Of a DNA stretch of 64,000 nucleotides, positions 1-9,281 are shown piece by piece. The stretch comes from an uncultured Methanosarcinales archaeon (GTDB lineage Archaea > Nanobdellota > Nanobdellia > Woesearchaeales > CAYZNE01): contig CAYONI010000001.1 of NCBI GenBank assembly GCA_964405295.1, positions 179,608 to 243,607 on the forward strand, given 5' to 3'. A model generated the notes under the pieces. It made no database searches, was not told the origin of the DNA, and saw nothing but the letters and a program-made list of their open reading frames with translations. Each line of letters opens with the position of its first letter. The first letter of the stretch is position 1. The position numbers were made by a program, and so were the translations under genes.

Positions 1-1019
1 TCAGATGCAAAATTATATGCACCTGCATTCAAAAAAATTATCCTATCACCAACATTAAGGGGTTTTAGATAAACCCTGTATCTAAATAAGTCCATTGAAC
101 AAGGAGTTGTTCCCTTAATAGTATACGCAACAATTGATTTATCCTTTTCAGCCCTTTCTTTAGTATATTCATCTTTAACTTTTAATTTTACCGGGACAAT
201 TAATGCATCTAAATCAGTATTATAAACTGAGGCATTAACAATAACATTATTCTCATAAATCCCGATAATTTCAGTTATTAATCTTGCTGCAGGAGCAGAT
301 ATTGCTCTTCCAGGCTCAACAACCATCTTAACATGATGAGCATTCAAAAACACTTTTAACTCAATAATCTTTTTCTTAATAGAATCCAAAACCTTAATAT
401 TTGTGTTTGCATACTCTGAAGGAATTCCTCCACCAATATTGACAATATTAATACAATTAATGGTTTCTTCGGTTAAATTATTTTCTAATTCGTAAACCAA
501 ATTCCACTCTGCAAGGTTTTGTGTTTTCCTGTGGAAATGGACACCAAGATGAACTATTTTTTCTCTAACATCTTTATTTTCACTTAATTCTTTTATTCTT
601 TTGTTAACAATTTCGGAATACATTCCAAAAACAAAATGTTTTTCTGTTCTAATAGTATTTTCTTTTAGTTTTAATCTTAACAACAAATTAATCTTAACAT
701 CATTTTCTTTAAGAAAATCTATGAAAATATCTAAATCAGACTCATTATCAATTATAAACCAAGTTATTCCTTGATCAAGTAAAGACTTGATAACTTCTGC
801 AGTCCATGCCTGGGCTAGAAACATAATCCTGGATTTATCCTTAATATTCTTTAACTCGTTAATAAAATGAACACTAAACATACAATCAGTATTTATCTCT
901 AGAATTTCCGTAACTAGAGGATTAGTTTTAGAACTATATGAAATAACATCAGCCAAATTTTCTAATTCATGATATTTCTCAAGAACAACTTTCTTCGATA
1001 TCTCAAAATAGGGCTTCAT
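1..1019 (-). CDS. PLP-dependent Orn/Lys/Arg/DAP decarboxylase family protein (runs off the window edge)
   Basis: Not in the ORF track; manual translation from ATG 1019 gives MKPYFEISKK...YSSKTNP (PLP lysine motif), GVHFH, NIGGG, EPGR, PCSMD, NAGAY. ATGA overlap with the upstream gene stop. Confidence 0.85.
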   Translation of the reverse strand, partial: MKPYFEISKKVVLEKYHELENLADVISYSSKTNPLVTEILEINTDCMFSVHFINELKNIKDKSRIMFLAQAWTAEVIKSLLDQGITWFIIDNESDLDIFIDFLKENDVKINLLLRLKLKENTIRTEKHFVFGMYSEIVNKRIKELSENKDVREKIVHLGVHFHRKTQNLAEWNLVYELENNLTEETINCINIVNIGGGIPSEYANTNIKVLDSIKKKIIELKVFLNAHHVKMVVEPGRAISAPAARLITEIIGIYENNVIVNASVYNTDLDALIVPVKLKVKDEYTKERAEKDKSIVAYTIKGTTPCSMDLFRYRVYLKPLNVGDRIIFLNAGAYNFAS

Positions 1020-1951
1020 AATAATCCCTCATCAATTAAATCCTCTAAAGCTGCAATCATAGCAAGAGGAAATAATATTGTCACATCACCTATAACTGTT
1101 GCAACATCTGCTTCATCTTTTACTTTACCCCAAGATTTTGCTTCAGATGTCGTTGCTCCGCCCATACTCCCAGATGTTTTATGTGCAGTTGTCATAAATA
1201 ATGCATACTCTGCACCACCATTAAGCAATGTTGAAAGAATAGCATGATGCTTTGATGTTCCCCCTCCAAGAGAGATTACTGCTTTTTTCTCATCATGGTT
1301 TGTTGCAAACAAAATATTTCCAAAATCTTTTACTGTATCAATAATAAAATCTTTGTGTTTTTGTTGAAATAAATATAAATGAAATCCAAAACTACCATCG
1401 GTTATTGCAGGACAAAAAATAGGAACATTATTTTTTGCAGCTTGAAATAAAATAGATTTTTCATCATTTAATATTAAACCAATTTCTTTTAATAAATTCG
1501 AAACAGCCCACCTTTTTTGTTTTTGATATAACTTATCTAGAACAGGCAGCATAAAATCTTCAAAATTCATATAACTCTCGTTCGTAATATACAAATTTCC
1601 TACTCTGTTAACCCCCTGTTCATGTAACTCAACATCATCTGCATTAAAATTTCCTATGGGAAACTTTTCTCCTGTTGCCCTCATAATATCTTCCTCGATT
1701 GCACCAACAGTTGTAACAATAACATGAGCCATCTTTAACCTTATTAACTGAGCAAAGAACCCTCTAAGCCCAGAAGTAACCATGTTGCTTGTAAAAGTAA
1801 GAAAAGTTTTAGCATTATTCTTTTTAATCTTAACAATAAGTTCTTTCGCCTTGTGTAACTCAATACTTTGGAAACCAATATTTCTATACCCTTTAACTAA
1901 ATCTTGGATACTCATTCCCTGCTCCCATAAAAAATCATTAACATATTCCAT
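1016..1951 (-). CDS. dys: deoxyhypusine synthase
   Basis: TSNMVTSG, IEED, NRVGN, TDGS, GGGTSKHH, EAKSWGK motifs; ATG 1951 follows an AGGTGA SD (track start is GTG 1960). Confidence 0.93.
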   Translation of the reverse strand: MEYVNDFLWEQGMSIQDLVKGYRNIGFQSIELHKAKELIVKIKKNNAKTFLTFTSNMVTSGLRGFFAQLIRLKMAHVIVTTVGAIEEDIMRATGEKFPIGNFNADDVELHEQGVNRVGNLYITNESYMNFEDFMLPVLDKLYQKQKRWAVSNLLKEIGLILNDEKSILFQAAKNNVPIFCPAITDGSFGFHLYLFQQKHKDFIIDTVKDFGNILFATNHDEKKAVISLGGGTSKHHAILSTLLNGGAEYALFMTTAHKTSGSMGGATTSEAKSWGKVKDEADVATVIGDVTILFPLAMIAALEDLIDEGLL

Positions 1952-1980
1952 TATAATCACCTTAATATTAAATTAGAAAA

Positions 1981-2110
1981 TCACAAAAATTTATGAACAA
2001 ATTTTTGGATGCCAAAAAAGTATGCTTTTTTGCTCATAAATATGGGTAAAACTATCAAAATGTAGAAAAACTTAACTATTTGCTTTGATAGTATTTGATA
2101 AACCCATAAC
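1981..2110 (-). promoter_or_regulatory. structured 5' leader of the dys/decarboxylase operon (candidate cis-regulatory RNA)
   Basis: Stems UAUGGGU/ACCCAUA, ACUAUCAAAG/UUUUGAUAGU and AUUUAUGAGCAAA/UUUGUUCAUAAAU; G-U pairs favour the minus strand. Confidence 0.5.
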
Positions 2111-2129
2111 CATTAGGAGAACATTTTCA

Positions 2130-2137
2130 TTTATAAA
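2130..2137 (-). promoter_or_regulatory. archaeal TATA box for the dys operon
   Basis: TTTATAAA preceded on the minus strand by an A-rich BRE-like tract. Confidence 0.55.
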
Positions 2138-2221
2138 TGTTTTTAAGAATCTAAACGAAAATCTTTATAAAGAACTTAAACAAATCTAGACTATAATAAT
2201 AGAGGTGCTAGAAGTCATAAA

Positions 2222-2737
2222 ATGAAAAAGGATTCTTTAAAAAAAATTCTTCCATTTCTCATAATTGCAATAATTGCTGCAACTATAATATTTCTTCCTG
2301 GAGGAGTTAGAACATTTATTGACAATTTTCTTTTTGGTATAAGCAATTTTCTTAATTTAGGAATATTTACTAATGAAACATCACAAATCATCTTAGTAAG
2401 AGGGTTATTACTAATAGTAACATATTTTGCCTTTAAAGGAATTTTAAAAAAAATAGGGCATTTCAAAGAAGAGAAAAAACTTACTATTGGCGCATCATTA
2501 ATTATTGCTATAATTACAAGCCTTGCACTACCAAAAAGTATAATCTCTTCTTTAGCAACAACTGCCTCAACATTTATTTTAATGATACTGGTAATAGCAT
2601 CTGCTGTATGGGCTGCAAGACAATCATTCAAAACTTTAAAAGGGCCATTATGGAAAGAACTTTTGGGATTAATATTACTAATAATCACAACCATAATCTT
2701 AAATGCTATATACACAACAATGATTGCAACAATATAA
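2222..2737 (+). CDS. hypothetical multi-pass membrane protein
   Basis: 171 aa with about 5 hydrophobic segments; GAGGTG and TTTATAAA upstream. Confidence 0.75.
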   Translation: MKKDSLKKILPFLIIAIIAATIIFLPGGVRTFIDNFLFGISNFLNLGIFTNETSQIILVRGLLLIVTYFAFKGILKKIGHFKEEKKLTIGASLIIAIITSLALPKSIISSLATTASTFILMILVIASAVWAARQSFKTLKGPLWKELLGLILLIITTIILNAIYTTMIATI

Positions 2738-3392
2738 AATGTTAATTCAAGAAGCTTCAATACCCGTATTTGTAACAGCAACAAAATGGATAGTTATAAT
2801 ATTCTATTTCTTAATCTTTCTAAAAATTCTATATATTCTTCGAATACTAAAATACAAAGATGCAAAGAAAGATATTAATTCCGGTGGAGAAGAAGGCAAT
2901 AGAAGAATAAATGATCCAAATGACCCGCATTATTACAAAAGAGAATTAATTAATAAAATTAAGAAAGTAAAAAAAGAAACAAGTGCAGCCAAAAAATTAG
3001 TAAACAAAAACAAAAAAATAAAATCTCAAGCAAAAAATGATCTTAAAACATCAATAAATGAAGCAAAATATAAAACAAAAAAAGTTGAAAGCTTGCTACA
3101 CAAGGCAAAAGCTTCTCAAATAGCAGAACTAGAAAGAATAATTCAAGAATCAAGAACTGAATTAAGATTAAAAAAAGGATTATTTGAAAAAAGTTTAGCA
3201 ACAGGTTCAGATGCGATAAAAAGAAAAAAGTTAGTCGATAAAGTTACAAACGCACAAGAAAGATTAACTAAAGCTAGAGCCTTATACAAATTAGCTAGAA
3301 TAAAGAACCTAAAATCGAAACAAAGATTAAAAAATGCAATAATACTACTTAAAAGAGTAATAATAAAAATTGCAAGAAAAATTAAGTCCTAA
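2724..3392 (+). CDS. hypothetical protein, N-terminal TM helix plus basic coiled coil
   Basis: 222 aa ORF (true start may be ATG 2739); one TM segment then a K-rich helical region. Confidence 0.7.
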   Translation: MQQYKMLIQEASIPVFVTATKWIVIIFYFLIFLKILYILRILKYKDAKKDINSGGEEGNRRINDPNDPHYYKRELINKIKKVKKETSAAKKLVNKNKKIKSQAKNDLKTSINEAKYKTKKVESLLHKAKASQIAELERIIQESRTELRLKKGLFEKSLATGSDAIKRKKLVDKVTNAQERLTKARALYKLARIKNLKSKQRLKNAIILLKRVIIKIARKIKS

Positions 3393-3394
3393 AA

Positions 3395-4936
3395 ATGGAA
3401 GTAAACTTAGATAAATTGGATTCTGAATTAGATAATGCAATTAGAGAATTAGAAGAAAGTATGCTTGAAACACAACAGGAACTTACAGGGGAGACAGTTA
3501 AAGAAGAAAAGATTGAACCAATAAAAAACGAAGGAAAAGAAATAGAAAAAGATATTAGCGAAATAAAAAGCAGAGCAGAATCAATAGATGCTAAGGTCAA
3601 AAATATTGAAGACAACCTTGTTAATATTGTTGAAATGATTGAAAAATTACAATCAAACCCTCAATTAGAAAAAGAAATAGAAAAAGAAAAAAGAAAAAAC
3701 GAAGAAGAAATAAAAAAACTTACCGTTAGTGATGAAGAACTTGAAAAACAGATAAAAGAAGAAAAAGAAAGGATAAACAAAACAAAAGAAGAGATAGAAG
3801 AAACAAAGAAGAAAATATTTGCGAAAATCAAAGATTTAAGAGAAAAATTTGAACTACAAAAAAAAGAGCATAGAAAAGAACACTCCGAAGAAGGGAACCA
3901 AAGCAACGAAAGATATCTTGAAATTCAACAACGAATAAAAACCCTAGAAGACAAAATAAAGCTTCTCGATAAAAAAGAGGAAGAAATTAAAACGTTAGGT
4001 GAAAACAGGTTAAACGAGATAAATAAAAGAATAAAAGAATTGGTTGATAATCTACTTGATAAAAACAGATTTATTGAAAAGCTCGCAGAACTTAGCGAGC
4101 TGGCAAACAATAAAGATAAAGAACTATCTACAGCAATTAAAGAATTTATTAAAGCATATAATGAAAAAAAATCAGTTAGTAAAAAAACAAAAAACCTTAT
4201 TAGAATTTACTCGCAAATCGAAAAAAAGAAAGAATCATTCGATAACTCTATCAGAGAAAGAGAAAAATATGAAGAAGAAATTAAGAAAAAATTTAAAGAA
4301 AATAAAAGAAACTTTTATTATATAAAACTATTTAACCAGAATTCATGGAAAGAAAAAAATATAATTGAGAATAATAATTTCCAAAAATTTGCAAAAAGAG
4401 CTGAATTTCTTATCAATAATCTAAAAGAACATAACAAGAAATTAAAATATATTGAAAAATTCAAATTTAAAAATGAATATAATCCTAAAATAACTGTATA
4501 TTGGGAAACTAAAGAGTTAACAAAAGAGATAAAGAAATTAAAACAGCATTCAAAAAAACTAAAAACCTTCATCAATGAAGCAAAAGAAATTATTATAAAT
4601 ACAAATACCCAATTCATGAAAGATGAAAAACGAGCAGATGACTTTAATGGAAACATAAGCAATAGTTCTCAGTTTAAAATAAAAGGCAATGCAAACCTTC
4701 AAGTAATAACTTATTGCACGAGATTTATACTTTATATTCTTGAAAGAATTGATTCAATAGAGTCAGACAAAATAGGGTATAAAGAAATTTATGAAAAATT
4801 AAATTCAGGAGTACTAAAAGAACAGAAAAATGAACTTTATCAATTCTTAAACACAAATGAATGGAATTACAATCTGCCATTTAAACCAGCATTAGTATAT
4901 ATTTTCATTGAAAGATTAAAAGAACTAGCAAAATAA
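3395..4936 (+). CDS. hypothetical long coiled-coil protein
   Basis: 513 aa with E/K-rich heptads; 2 nt after the upstream stop. Confidence 0.75.
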   Translation: MEVNLDKLDSELDNAIRELEESMLETQQELTGETVKEEKIEPIKNEGKEIEKDISEIKSRAESIDAKVKNIEDNLVNIVEMIEKLQSNPQLEKEIEKEKRKNEEEIKKLTVSDEELEKQIKEEKERINKTKEEIEETKKKIFAKIKDLREKFELQKKEHRKEHSEEGNQSNERYLEIQQRIKTLEDKIKLLDKKEEEIKTLGENRLNEINKRIKELVDNLLDKNRFIEKLAELSELANNKDKELSTAIKEFIKAYNEKKSVSKKTKNLIRIYSQIEKKKESFDNSIREREKYEEEIKKKFKENKRNFYYIKLFNQNSWKEKNIIENNNFQKFAKRAEFLINNLKEHNKKLKYIEKFKFKNEYNPKITVYWETKELTKEIKKLKQHSKKLKTFINEAKEIIINTNTQFMKDEKRADDFNGNISNSSQFKIKGNANLQVITYCTRFILYILERIDSIESDKIGYKEIYEKLNSGVLKEQKNELYQFLNTNEWNYNLPFKPALVYIFIERLKELAK

Positions 4937-4949
4937 ACTATTTAAGAAA

Positions 4950-5915
4950 ATGACCGAAAGAAGTAAAGCAAGAAGAAAAGTGAAACATCAAAGGAACTCC
5001 AATGTACTTATAAGGAGAATAAAATCATATAATCTAAAATCATATAAAACCCTTAAAAAGATAGAACAGCATACAGACACTAATTATTTAAGAAACATTA
5101 TTAACAGAAGAAATGCCAACCAGATAAAAAAAGAATTTATGACATTGTACAAAGAACTAAGAACCATGCTCATATTAACTCGTAAAGAATATCTTTACTA
5201 TGAAACGTTGTCACACAGATTAATAGAAAACTTAGAAGTTACAATCGCTAGACTTAGTGCATGCAAAAAAACAATAAATAGAAGTTCTGATAAAACACTT
5301 AAAGATATAGATATTGAAAGACTACGAAGTAATCTAAAACATAATGTACTAGCTGGATTTAAAAGTAATTTATGGCTGGGAATTAAACAAGCAAGGGATG
5401 CTAAAAACGAACACCAAACAGTAAGGGAAGGAATAAGCGCACTTTTAACAGAGAAAAGAATGTTTCACAATATAAAAACGGAAGCTAAAAAAGTGAGGAA
5501 AGATGTTATATTTGAAAGGGGTGTAAAGAAAAAAATAAAAGAACTTCCAAAAGATATTAAAAAGATATTAGACTCTAAATCAAAAAACAAAAAAGAAGAA
5601 ATAAATAAAAAATTAGCCATAATAAAAGAAGAATATGAAATTATGAATGATGAACTGAGCCATCTATCCCGTAGCACAACAACAAATATTAGAATTTATT
5701 TTATAATTCTTGGCATCATAACAAATTTAGATAAACTCTACTCTATAATTAATAATTCTGAGAAACACATCGAAAAATTTCCTGAAAAAGAAATGAAAGA
5801 ACTAAGACATTGGCGAAATAAAACCATGGAAGAAGTTGAAGAATATCAAAAAAAAGAATTTGCTCTTGCTAAAGTACTATTTAAAGAATTTAAAAAAAAC
5901 CAGCAAAGAGCATAA
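4950..5915 (+). CDS. hypothetical basic helical protein
   Basis: 321 aa ORF, co-directional and tightly spaced. Confidence 0.7.
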   Translation: MTERSKARRKVKHQRNSNVLIRRIKSYNLKSYKTLKKIEQHTDTNYLRNIINRRNANQIKKEFMTLYKELRTMLILTRKEYLYYETLSHRLIENLEVTIARLSACKKTINRSSDKTLKDIDIERLRSNLKHNVLAGFKSNLWLGIKQARDAKNEHQTVREGISALLTEKRMFHNIKTEAKKVRKDVIFERGVKKKIKELPKDIKKILDSKSKNKKEEINKKLAIIKEEYEIMNDELSHLSRSTTTNIRIYFIILGIITNLDKLYSIINNSEKHIEKFPEKEMKELRHWRNKTMEEVEEYQKKEFALAKVLFKEFKKNQQRA

Positions 5916-5987
5916 TTTGTTTATAACCAAAACATTTATGAAAAATAAACCACGAATAAGCTAAAAAGAACATATGAGGTAAGAAAA

Positions 5988-6374
5988 ATGCACCACCATC
6001 CAGGAAGAGTTATTTTATCATTAATATTCACAGCGATCATGCTTGCAGCAGGATTGATACCATTATTAGCACATTACGGAGTGATAGGGTGGAATATAAC
6101 ATTTCTATTAACTCCTTTAGGAAAATTCTTCACGTATGTTCTTGCAGGTGGAGCACTATTTATAGTAATTGATTCCTTTGGTGAAGGATTAAGCACTGCC
6201 GGGGGAAAATTTACAATTTTTGCCGGGTTACTACTTTTAATTATTGGAATATTCCCCATTGTAGGGCCAACAATACCTGTAATTAATAGCATACTAAGCC
6301 CATTAGTGTATTATTTCCTTTTTGCATTTGAAGGACTAGTGCTTCTTATTAGTACATTTATGGTTCAAACCTAG
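5988..6374 (+). CDS. hypothetical 4-TM membrane protein
   Basis: GAGGT SD; four hydrophobic segments with internal duplication (GLIPLL..LLTPL / GIFPIV..ILSPL). Confidence 0.75.
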   Translation: MHHHPGRVILSLIFTAIMLAAGLIPLLAHYGVIGWNITFLLTPLGKFFTYVLAGGALFIVIDSFGEGLSTAGGKFTIFAGLLLLIIGIFPIVGPTIPVINSILSPLVYYFLFAFEGLVLLISTFMVQT

Positions 6375-6391
6375 ACTAGATTAATTTTTTA

Positions 6392-7171
6392 CTATTTCTT
6401 TCTTTTTAAGTTTATTAGAAGAATCGCTCCAAGAACAAACATTGCTAAACTAAACAACTGTCCTGTTCCTAAACCAAGGAATATTGCAGGATCTTCTCTA
6501 TAGAAAGTAACAAGAAATCTTAATAAACCATACAGTGTAATAAAAGTAAAAAAAACAAAGCCGTGCTTTTTATTTTTCTTCTTAATTAAATAACTTCTCT
6601 GGAATATCAAGAAAAATCCAATAAATACATTCTTTAATGCTTCATAAATTTGGCTCGGGTATCTACAGCCCTCAACTCCATAGTTAGAATAATCTATGCA
6701 AAACCAAGAATTGCTTATTTTTCCAATCAATTCTGCATTAATGAAATTTGCTATTCTACCGAGAAACAAAGTGAATGCTGCAGGAATTGAAATAATGTCT
6801 GCAATTTCAAGAAAATTAAGCTTATACTTCTTGCAGAAAAAATATAATACTAAAACTATGCCAATTAATGCTCCGTGGAAAGACATTCCTCCTTGCCACA
6901 AAGCAAAAATATTAAGAGGATTATGAAAATAATATGAAAGATTATAAAACAGAACTTCTCCTAGTCTAGCTCCAACAATTGTTGCAAGAATAAGATAAAT
7001 GGTAAATTTATCAACTAACCCTATTGTTAAGTTTTTTATTTTGTTATGTTTTGCAAAATGCTGAAGAATTAAGTAAGATAGTACAAAGCCTATTGCATAA
7101 ACAAGGCCGTAATATTTAACTGTAAAGGGGCCAATACTAAATAAATTTGGATTTAAATTATGTATAAACAT
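6392..7171 (-). CDS. lgt: prolipoprotein diacylglyceryl transferase
   Basis: YYGLVY, GARL, GGMSFHG, GRIANFINAELIG, YPSQIYE signatures. Confidence 0.93.
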   Translation of the reverse strand: MFIHNLNPNLFSIGPFTVKYYGLVYAIGFVLSYLILQHFAKHNKIKNLTIGLVDKFTIYLILATIVGARLGEVLFYNLSYYFHNPLNIFALWQGGMSFHGALIGIVLVLYFFCKKYKLNFLEIADIISIPAAFTLFLGRIANFINAELIGKISNSWFCIDYSNYGVEGCRYPSQIYEALKNVFIGFFLIFQRSYLIKKKNKKHGFVFFTFITLYGLLRFLVTFYREDPAIFLGLGTGQLFSLAMFVLGAILLINLKRKK

Positions 7172-7172
7172 T

Positions 7173-7826
7173 TTAATTGATTTTTAGTTCTTTAAATAAT
7201 TGCTTAAATAATTTATTGTGATTCTTAAATACCATATCTGCACCTGAAAGATACTTTTTATTCAGGGTAGTTTCAATGGCATAAACTTTCAAACCTGCAG
7301 ATTTTGCAGATTGAATTCCAAAAGGAGCATTTTCAATAACAATTGTTTCTGATTTTTTTGCGTTTAAACCTTTTACTGCTTTTTCATATTCTTCAGGGTA
7401 AGGTTTGCTGTTTTTTACTTCATCTCCGGTTATAATAAACAAAAAAATATCAGGGAATAGTTCATGAATTTCTGCTGTGGCAATTTTTTTATTTTCTCCT
7501 GTTGCAACAGCCATTTTTATCTTGGCCTTTTTTAATTTTTGTAAGTATTTTAATATTTTATAAAGTTTTGTCTTCCCCTTTTTTTCAAATAATTCAAGCT
7601 TAAGATTATGTATTTTCTCTTTTTGAACTTCAGAAATTTTTATTCCCTGTGAATCAAGAATGTAAGTTAAATACTGTTTATTACTTGCGCCTTCTTTGAG
7701 ATAAAATTCTTTTTTAGGTATCTTTACTATGTTAAATTGTTTTAATGCCTTTAACCAAGCGTAAACATGTCGAGGCATATCATTTATTAAAACACCATCC
7801 ATATCAAATATAATATTCTTTATCAT
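7173..7826 (-). CDS. HAD-superfamily phosphatase (beta-phosphoglucomutase-like)
   Basis: FDMDGVL, VATG, KPYP, IENAPFG; the start must be ATG 7826 because the track start overlaps a tRNA. Confidence 0.9.
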   Translation of the reverse strand: MIKNIIFDMDGVLINDMPRHVYAWLKALKQFNIVKIPKKEFYLKEGASNKQYLTYILDSQGIKISEVQKEKIHNLKLELFEKKGKTKLYKILKYLQKLKKAKIKMAVATGENKKIATAEIHELFPDIFLFIITGDEVKNSKPYPEEYEKAVKGLNAKKSETIVIENAPFGIQSAKSAGLKVYAIETTLNKKYLSGADMVFKNHNKLFKQLFKELKIN

Positions 7827-7842
7827 TTTAAAAAAACTAAAA

Positions 7843-7916
7843 TGAGCCAAAGGAGATTCGAACTCCTGTCTACCGGTCCGAAGCCGGTTGCACTATCCAG
7901 ACTATGCTATAGGCCC
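7843..7916 (-). tRNA. tRNA-Arg (TCG)
   Basis: GGGCCTATAGCATAGTCTGGATAGTGCA ACCGG-CT-TCG-GA-CCGGT AGAC AGGAG-TTCGAAT-CTCCT TTGGCTCA; no encoded CCA. Confidence 0.95.
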
Positions 7917-8011
7917 ATAATATATTCTATAGAACTGATTGCATTTAAATAATTAACTAAAGAAAATAAAATATACAATAGAATAATAGTTAAAACAAAA
8001 TCAATAATAAA

Positions 8012-8296
8012 TTATTTCTTTGTTAAAACAATTTCTATTGTTGAGACTCGGACTTCTCTTCCTTCTTTATTCTTAAAATCCTCGGAATCAATTGCAATAT
8101 TTTTCACATCAATTTGATTCTTTAAGAAACGTTTAACAGTAACTTCTGAAACGTCAACAGCTCTACTAATAAATTTTCCTCTTGCTTTTACTATGACTTC
8201 ACTCGCATTCTTAGTTGTAAACTGCATTACAACAGCAGTTACATAGTTCATAAATGGTTTTTCTCCAATAAAAATGGAGTTATCTTTGCCTTCCAT
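8012..8296 (-). CDS. albA: DNA/RNA-binding protein Alba
   Basis: IGEKPFMNYV, KARGKFISRAVD, VSTIEIVL. Confidence 0.95.
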   Translation of the reverse strand: MEGKDNSIFIGEKPFMNYVTAVVMQFTTKNASEVIVKARGKFISRAVDVSEVTVKRFLKNQIDVKNIAIDSEDFKNKEGREVRVSTIEIVLTKK

Positions 8297-8332
8297 TTTT
8301 TAGCCCCCTGTTCTCTAGTGATCTTGTAGTAA

Positions 8333-8533
8333 CTATTGAAAATTAATTTTATCATGTCTTTTTAAACGAGTCATATAACCTGCAATAACATTTCTTAATT
8401 TTTTTGAAGATACATCACAAGTTTCTTCTACAACTTTCTTGTTCTCTTCAAAATTATCTTTAATTTTATCTTTATGCTTATGCATTATTTCCTTAGTTGT
8501 TCTTTTAATCATCTGTGTTTTTATTCTTCCCAT
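8333..8533 (-). CDS. rps17e: 30S ribosomal protein S17e
   Basis: MGRIKT...FEENKK...SKKLRNVIAGY; start at ATG 8533. Confidence 0.95.
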   Translation of the reverse strand: MGRIKTQMIKRTTKEIMHKHKDKIKDNFEENKKVVEETCDVSSKKLRNVIAGYMTRLKRHDKINFQ

Positions 8534-8710
8534 TAAGTTACCCCTATTTAGCGTATTATTAACATAGAGCAAAATATTACTATATTTTAATGCAGTTAAC
8601 AAAGAATGATTTATAAATATTGTGCTGAATTAAGGAATTCCGATAATAGATAAAACACATCCGAAAAAAGATACTAAACCCTTTTTAAGATTACTTATAA
8701 CCTAATAATC

Positions 8711-9172
8711 ATGGGAAAAAAGGATAATCTTGAGAATCAATTAATAAAACGCCCAAAAAGGAGAATAAACAGAATAATTAACATTAAAAATGCATTTTTA
8801 ACAGGATTAGCTATAGGTAGCATATTGACGTATAATACACATGATAAATTAATTGAACTCAACAGCCTTAAAAACTACAAAATCGCTCAAAATGGGCTCA
8901 TAAACCCTTATCACACAATAATAGAAAGAAAAACAATAAATGATACCTTACTGGTATATATCACTGATAAGAAAACTAATGAAAGCTATGAGCTCTTTCG
9001 AAATCTCAGATTAGGAAATTTTGAAGATAGACTAAACTCACTAATAGGTGATGAGAATGATAAAGAAAGCATAATTGGCAAGTATGGTCAAATAAAAGAA
9101 AGTACTCAAGACAAATTCAAAAAAGCATACAAAACAGTAACGAATTTCTTCAAAAAGACTATTAATGACTAA
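8711..9172 (+). CDS. hypothetical protein with one weak hydrophobic segment
   Basis: 153 aa ORF filling the intergenic space. Confidence 0.6.
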   Translation: MGKKDNLENQLIKRPKRRINRIINIKNAFLTGLAIGSILTYNTHDKLIELNSLKNYKIAQNGLINPYHTIIERKTINDTLLVYITDKKTNESYELFRNLRLGNFEDRLNSLIGDENDKESIIGKYGQIKESTQDKFKKAYKTVTNFFKKTIND

Positions 9173-9281
9173 CATTTAATTCAGAAAATATTAAAACCCT
9201 CATTCTTAAACAAGACATATAAACAATAATTATTTAAAGTAAATATAATTACCTAGAATAAATAACATATGGGGGGATATT

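Noticed and set aside
2215-2784. 189-aa minus-strand ORF
   Set aside because: Antisense shadow of the plus-strand membrane protein, which has the promoter and SD signals.
7827-7850. Extended N-terminus of the HAD ORF
   Set aside because: Overlaps the 3' end of tRNA-Arg; ATG 7826 fits the family start.
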